The notes below the pieces were generated by a model. That model was not told the origin of the DNA, did not search any database, and saw only the letters and a list, made by a program, of their open reading frames with translations. This document shows positions 58,101 to 64,000 of a DNA stretch of 64,000 bases, in pieces. This stretch comes from Vicugna vicugna (lineage: Eukaryota), in NCBI GenBank assembly GCA_013265495.1, contig MU059441.1, positions 434,001 to 498,000 on the forward strand, written 5' to 3'. Made by a program: the position numbers and the translations under genes. Every line of letters begins with the position of its first letter. Position 1 is the stretch's first letter.

Positions 58101-61100
58101 CCCCTGTTGCCCCCGCTGGCCAGGCCTTCCGCCTGCTCTGGGTCCTCTGCATGGTCTGCAAGCTCCCGGTGGGTGGCGTCCCCGGAGCGGCTGCCTAGTG
58201 ACCCTCCACTGAGACACACGCCGCGTCCCAGCGCTCTCTCAGATCTGCCCTGGGGGGGCCCCCTGCGCCAGGCCCGGCAGCAGCTCCGGGGACATGTCGG
58301 GTGCAGCGGCTGAAAATCCTCCCTTAGTGGGGCCCCGTCTTCCAGGACACGCCCTCTCCTCCGTCTTCCGTCGCTCTTCCAGAGGCCTTCCTTGTGGACA
58401 TGCGTTTGGGTATTAAGTTCTTAACGTCTGTTATTTGCCCTGTGCTGGGCCCTGCTCTGAGCAGTTCATGTGCGCTGTCTTGGGGCGTCTGTGGCGACCC
58501 CCACAGCACTGTCCCAGGGAAGCTGGGATGCCGACCCCCACAGGGTCAGGACTCTGCTCGCACCCTGGCCCACACCCATCCCCACTGCCCGACGTCCCCT
58601 CAACCTAGAATGCTCTTAGACCCTAGCCTCGTCTGTCCTGCCAGACACATGCCTGGTGGACAGACCCCGTGGGTCCCCGAGAGCACACGGCTGGCAGCTA
58701 ATGAATGAAGGTGGCTCCCTCCAGGCCATCAGACTGAGCTCTGCATCCTGGCCCTCCCCAACCCCCTCACCCACCCCCACCCCGTGTGCTGCCCAGGGCT
58801 CATCCTGGCTGCAGAGGGGGTGGGGGCAGCCTGACACTTCCCCTCCTCCTCCTTCCCAGCCTCCTCCGCCTGCCCCTACCCCTCACCCCGCACTCTCTTT
58901 TGATCTCGAGAAGCCAGGCCCTTGGAGAAATCAGACAGTATGAAATATGAAAAGTGCTTGGGAAGTAATTGAAGAAACACTGTGACTTTTGAAACCCGTG
59001 GAGATAACACTCGCACCTTCTTGCTCACGTTATTTAATTTTTAATGGCAGATTTAATTAATGGAGATCAGGTCTTCTGGTTTCAGCCGTTCAGTCGGAGC
59101 AGCTGGAGGAGGAGGAGGGGCAGCTGCTCACGGGGTGGAGGGAAGGGCTCAAAATGGGGGTCTGAAGTGTAGTGGGAAGAGAAATCGCCAGGTGCCAGCT
59201 AACCCGCAGGGATTCGGTGCCTTGCCTCAGAGCAGGACCCCGGGCAGCAGGCCCTGGCAGCTCCTTCATTTGCAAGTAACAACCCCCCTTTGCCCGTGGC
59301 CAAGGTGGAGGCTTTCCGGCTACGGGACACCCTCTCCAGCCCTCCGCACTGCAATTGGGAGTCTGAGGCAGGTGCGTTGTCTCAGGACCCTGGCACCAGG
59401 GGGGCTCCTCGTGAGGGTGGGTGCCCCCCACGTCCTTCCAGAAGCCCCTCCCCTCAGTGGAGTCTGGGGAGGGCCCTGCCCTCGCTGGCAGAGGGCTCAG
59501 AGTGCCCTCAGCAGCCCAGGAAGGCCGGGTGGACACAGGGAGCTGCTCCGCTCCCGGGCGGAGACCTGACTTCTGTGTGCAGGGGATGCTGAGGCGCCGT
59601 CCTCCTCCTGCTCAGCAGATCAGACGTGGGGCGGGAGGGGAGTTCCCATGAGTCATGCTGAGATGGTAGGGGAAGCTCAGAGGGTTGTCACAACCACTGC
59701 TTGGCCGGTGGGCACTTCCTGTGACAAGCCTAGCTGACCACATGTTCAGTCTGAGGTCACGGTCAACTCAGCCACTGACCAAGTTCACCCGTGCATGGAG
59801 ACGCAGGGTCAGAGCGTCCCGGTGCTCCCTTGAAAGCGGGCGTGGTTGGCGTGGGGGGCCTGGAAGGGGCTGGACTCTCCTCCCAGGAGGGAGGCCTGAA
59901 CCGGAGGCTGTCTGTTGCGGGGAGAGCCACATCCTAACGGTGGTCAGGCCCGCCCCCTCGGTGCCCAGTGAGCAGGGAGACAGGGCTCGGGGAGGAAATG
60001 ACCCAGTGAACTCAGACGTGGGTGTGTGGGTACCAGCTGGGCCCAGGGTGGAGCCTGTTGCGAGGTCAGGAGGGCATCTGCCTGCACGGGGCAGAGGGGC
60101 AGCGTGACCTGCGTCCTCATCCTCCCGGGGCCTGGGTATTGGTCCACTGTCCACTGGCTGAGGCAGATTCAGGGTCCAGGGAGATGACGAGCTGGGTGTT
60201 GGTCTCGTGAAGCTCGGGTGGTGGGGCGAGGGGGAGCCCCCATTCACTCCGCACCTGTGGTCCTGGGGTGTTCGCAGTGCCCGGCGACCACTGGGGGCAT
60301 TGGCTGTCTCCCCAGGTCAGAGGTAAAGAACCGAACTGGGGAGATGCAGGGTGACCTCACTCAGCAGCTGGGGCCAGAGGCGGGCAGCAGGGTCACTCCA
60401 GCAGGGCCCGGAGCAGAATTCCCACCCCTCATGAGCCTGAGCTCTCGGGGCCCCGTCCACGTCTGTCCCAGCTGGCTCTTCCCGGAGGCCTGGTCCCCTC
60501 CGGGCCAGCCCCCGCCTTTGATGCCCTGCATGGCTCTGGGCACCGGTCACTCTTTCTGGTCTGAGTGGTGTGTTCCTTCTGGCCAGGCTACCTGTGTGCT
60601 TGGTGGAGTGGGGAGAGCTAGGCTTGGGGGTGTGGGGGTCCCTTTGCCTGCCTCACCAGCTACTCTTGGGGACCAGCTGTCCACGCCCCAGGGAGCACCT
60701 GGAGCCAGACGCCTGCTTTTGCCCACCTGTAAAGTGGGGACCGGCCCTCCCACACTGCTGTGGGCAGGTCTGGCCCAGGTCCTCGCAGGGTGGGCAGCCC
60801 CACGAGACGTCTCGCTGGGCAGTCCGAGGCCAGCCCTGTCTCCGGCTTCATTCTCAAGACCACGTCCTGTGAGAAGCCGGGTCTGCTGGGAAGCCTGACG
60901 GGGCTGGGGCTGGGGCCGCTGCTCTTTCTGCTGGTCTCCTCTGGAGACTGGGAGGGCTAGGGGCTGGGCCCAGGTGGCCTTGGGGCGCAAAGAGGTGGTG
61001 GGACTGACCAGAGGGACGCCTCTCTCTCATGCTGCCCCCTCCACACCGCCCGGGCCCTGGGCACTTCCACTGGGTGGCCTCGGAAGGAAGGACATGTGTG

Positions 61101-61142
61101 CCTCTGGGATGGCCCAGCAGTGCTGCTGAGTGCGTGGTCCCA

Positions 61143-61240
61143 GCTGGAGCCAGACGCCTGGGCTGCGGTCCTGGCACCGCCGCCTGCTGTGTGACTTGGA
61201 CGAATGGCTGCACGTCTCTGGGCAGCAGTCCACCTGCCGT
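61143..61240 (+). mobile_element. MIR fragment; a second short MIR piece lies at ~60699-60760
   Basis: ctggagccagacgcctgggctgcggtcctggcaccgccgcctgctgtgtgacttggac resembles the MIR tRNA-like head. Confidence 0.6.
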
Positions 61241-61636
61241 AGGGGCTGGACCAGGATGAGGCTCAGCAGACTTCTTTAAAGGTAGTAAATGCCTTAGGCC
61301 ACACGGGCAGCACAGCCTGTCCACGCTGTGGTGCACAGGAACAGCCACAGATGGTGCATTCACGGGTCGTGGCCGTGGCTGTATGCTAGTAAAGCTTTAT
61401 CTACAAGACGGGGTGGGTGGGACCCCTGAGTGCAGGGCCTGCGTGTCCTTCCAGCCGTGGCTTCTGAGGATTCTGCAGCCATGGTGGGTCCCCAAGGAGC
61501 TGGGCCCTCACTGTGGACCAGTCGCCCTCTGTGTGGTGCTGCCCGGGGGCTGGGCCTCTGTGGGTTCAGCAGGGCTGCACCCGGAAGGGAGGGAGGGAGG
61601 TTCAGCCTGGTAACTGGTTCTGTTTTCTCTTCGTAG

Positions 61637-61707
61637 AACGTCGAGACGTACAGGCTGTCTTCACAGCAGTTCCACGAGGCAGCTTCGAAAATGGAAGGCG
61701 CCATCAA
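61637..61707 (+). CDS. CHCHD6: CHCHD6 (MIC25) next coding exon, probably exon 6; 71 nt, phase 0/2; NVETYRLSSQQFHEAASKMEGAI(K)
   Basis: Acceptor ttctgttttctcttcgtAG ends at 61636, with a TAAC branch-like motif at 61611-61614. Donor is CAA|GTAAGA at 61708. Translation matches recalled human CHCHD6 NAEMYKLSSEQFHEAASKMESTIK and continues in frame from the 35426-35509 exon. Confidence 0.96.
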
Positions 61708-63049
61708 GTAAGAGCAGCTTCCTTGTGAGCTTAGCCCGTGTGTGTGAAACTCCCCCATGCGCTTCAAACCTGTCACCTCGAGCCTGGCGTTACGTCCCTA
61801 GTAACACAGACGCCGTCTGTTCGCCCAGGGTCTGAGGCCGCCCTGTGCTGGCTGTGACTGGCCGGTGAGCAGACCTGCCCTCTGCCTGGGGGGCGGGGTC
61901 TTGGGGCTTGAGGTCGGCTGAGCCGTTCAGGCCTGTGTCCTGCGAGCTGGGCCGGGTGCTGCCCTCGGGGCCCCAGGGAGGCAGGAAGTGTTGCTGCGCA
62001 CCCCCCACCCTTGGAGGGGCTTCCAGAGTGGCCTGTCCCCTGTGGGCTCCTCTGCGTGCCTGGGCCTGAGCCCCGCAGTCTGCACAGATGCCCAGGTGGC
62101 CCCGAGGAGTACCCTGTCGTCTGCGTGCTCCCGTGCTGGAGGGGAGGCCTCGGAGCCAGAACGGCGGAAATGAGGGTGCAGGCCTTGGGAAGGCCTGCGG
62201 GGTCCCTGTTGTGCGGTTGTCTCCTGGGACCCGCAGACCTCCGGAGATACCCTGGGTCTCCACAGCTCCCTGTCCCCCCAGGGCTGAATTGGGGTGAGTC
62301 CCCAGAATCCAGTCACCGTGCAGAGTGGGGCAGGGGAGGGCCCGCCACCTTGAGGGGACACTCACAGAGGTTCGGGGGCTTTGGCTGCTGAGGAAAGCCA
62401 TGTGGGGAGCAGGGGGGCACATCTAGTCATACCTGGCATGGCAGGGACCTCCTGGGGACATACACGGACGCTGGTGCAGCCGACTGAAGGGTGGGTGTAG
62501 GGAGGAGAGCCCCTCCTGCGGCTTAGGGCCTGGGGTGGGGCAGACACTCGGAGGAGGGCTTTCCAGCGAGCGGCAGAGATGCCTGTGGGACCCTCGGAGC
62601 CCAGAAGCGAGTGGGCACGGGGGCTGCGTGGACCCTGAGTGCCGATCGTTCCAGCTGCAGGTCCCTTGCAGACAAGGTCCTGCCCGGCTCATCGGGGCTG
62701 AGAAACACTCAGAATTGCAGTGAGTGGGAGAGGCTGGGTGACAGCCCCCGGGAACATGACCCGGAGAGGCGAGGGGGACCGCGTGGGAGGCGAGGGGAAG
62801 GTTCCACATGCTACAGCCGCCTGGAGGACTGCTGCCCCGACCAGTGTCGCTGGGCGGTCGGGGCCCAGGGCACTTCCACTCTGCCCCTCGTTTACTGCCG
62901 GTGGTCCCGTGTCACAGACTGAGAACGGAGGCCGGAGAGGCTGGCTAGCTCCCTCGGCTGTCCAGGCTCACACCTGGCACCTGCAGGCCATTCCTCAGAC
63001 GCCGCTCTGCACGTGAGGGGGCGGCAGATCAGGTCGGAGGTAAGGGCCT

Positions 63050-63140
63050 GCAGACCTGGATTGGACCTCAGCCCTGCCTCTCGCTGGTTCTGCGCCTTGA
63101 GCAAGTCACACGGCCTCTGGGCTTCTCTCGTCTGCCCTTG
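63050..63140 (+). mobile_element. MIR fragment
   Basis: cagacctggattggacctcagccctgcctctcgctggttctgcgccttgagcaagtcacacggcctctggg. Confidence 0.55.
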
Positions 63141-63519
63141 AGATGCACGTGGAGGGTGGACCTAGGACGTCAGCAGCTGCTGCCGGGGCTCAGCATTCAT
63201 TTACTTTGTCATCACCTTCATCACCTGCTGGCAGGACGACGAACAGACTTAGTACATAAATTGAGTTTACTGAGAAAACATGTCTTTTCCCAGACAGAGC
63301 AAACAAGAGGCAGAGTTAGAAGTGTCTTACTTAAGCCCTAGGGTGGGGTGGAGTCTTTCTTAGGGAGAGTTCTTGGGTTTGCAAATACCGGTCAATTGCA
63401 TCGTAAATACCTCCGTGGAAGTAAAGGCAGCTGCCGGCAGTGGTCACGCGGGGGAGTTTTCTTCTGAGACTGGGCGTCTTTTAGCAACTCAGAGTCAGCA
63501 GAGCAGTTTCTTAGGTGGT

Positions 63520-63990
63520 TGACCAGATGCCCTTGCGTTTCTCCTGCGTCCACCAGGCACTGTGCCTGGCACTGGAGATAGGACGACAGGACAGCTTCCC
63601 GTCCTGCCAGCAAGGAGCTTACGGCATTTGGGGATAACAGACCACATCTTAAAATTAATTGCACCAAAAGCAGTTGCCCAGTGACTGATGGACAGTGGCG
63701 GTAGTGAGCCATGAAAGACAGACCTCCTGAGAGAAGGCGCCCTGACCCAGACCTGTGTCCAGAGGCTCCTCTTAAATTGACTCCACAGAGGAGTCGGCCC
63801 GGAGGGGAGACAGAGAGAGAGAGAGAGCATGTCAAAGGAAGGTCAGCAGGTGCAAAGGCCCTGGGGCAGGGAGTAACTGGCATATTCAAGGGATTGGAAG
63901 CCTGCAGGGCTGGAGAGGAGGGCATGAGAAGTCGCAGGAGCCAGACTGCGAGGACTGTCGCACACAGAGATTCTGCTTGTGAGCCAAGAG
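63520..63990 (-). mobile_element. L2 3' region, antisense
   Basis: ccaggcactgtgcctggcactggagatagg..caaggagcttac..; gcaaaggccctggggcaggg. Confidence 0.6.
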
Positions 63991-64000
63991 CAGTGAGATG

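Larger units (their letters stand above)
35510..61636 (+). other. CHCHD6: CHCHD6 GT-AG intron, 26,127 bp, phase 0
   Basis: Bounded by GT at 35510 and AG at 61635-61636, between two exons that join in frame (..LEKQ|NVETY..). Confidence 0.9.

Noticed and set aside
45456-60898. Numerous 150-290-aa ORFs on both strands
   Set aside because: They are rich in Pro/Gly/Ala/Arg, overlap in several frames and show no recognisable domains, as expected from stop-codon scarcity in GC-rich intron.
60699-61160. Exact 17-bp direct repeat CTGGAGCCAGACGCCTG at 60699 and 61144
   Set aside because: It matches the conserved MIR head, so two MIR fragments explain it.
61513-61728. 71-aa ORF overlapping the second CHCHD6 exon
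   Set aside because: It is out of frame with the real exon (offset 124 nt).

Overview
This is GC-rich mammalian genomic DNA, most likely camelid: a tRNA-Ala-derived Vic-1-type SINE sits at ~562-696. The window lies inside CHCHD6 (MIC25, a mitochondrial MICOS subunit) on the + strand. Only two short coding exons are present: 35426-35509 (84 nt, AKELESREAELRRRDAFYKEQLGRLEKQ) and 61637-61707 (71 nt, NVETYRLSSQQFHEAASKMEGAI-K). They are separated by a 26,127-bp phase-0 intron and probably correspond to human exons 5 and 6 (numbering recalled, not checked). Neither exon is in frame with any ORF in the supplied track. The track's ORFs are by-products of high GC content, tandem repeats and decayed L1 ORF1/ORF2. 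The rest of the window is intron filled with old L1M, L2, MIR and MaLR relics. Repeat subfamily names and boundaries are recognised by eye and approximate. I found no prokaryotic-type system, CRISPR array or genuine RNA gene, and I cannot claim a new biological system. The best leads are: (1) a near-identical ~550-bp tandem duplication whose left breakpoint sits in a hairpin with junction microhomology; (2) two candidate frame-preserving, stop-free cryptic cassette exons, 41237-41473 and a duplicated 111-nt one inside the tandem duplication; (3) a 19-copy ~33-bp minisatellite with higher-order structure that appears to grow out of an L1 3' UTR; (4) pervasive but patchy AT-to-GC remodelling of repeats, including the camelid SINE, consistent with GC-biased gene conversion; (5) short AT-rich, homeobox-motif-dense islands that may be conserved enhancers; (6) perfect or near-perfect hairpins and G4/i-motif tracts.
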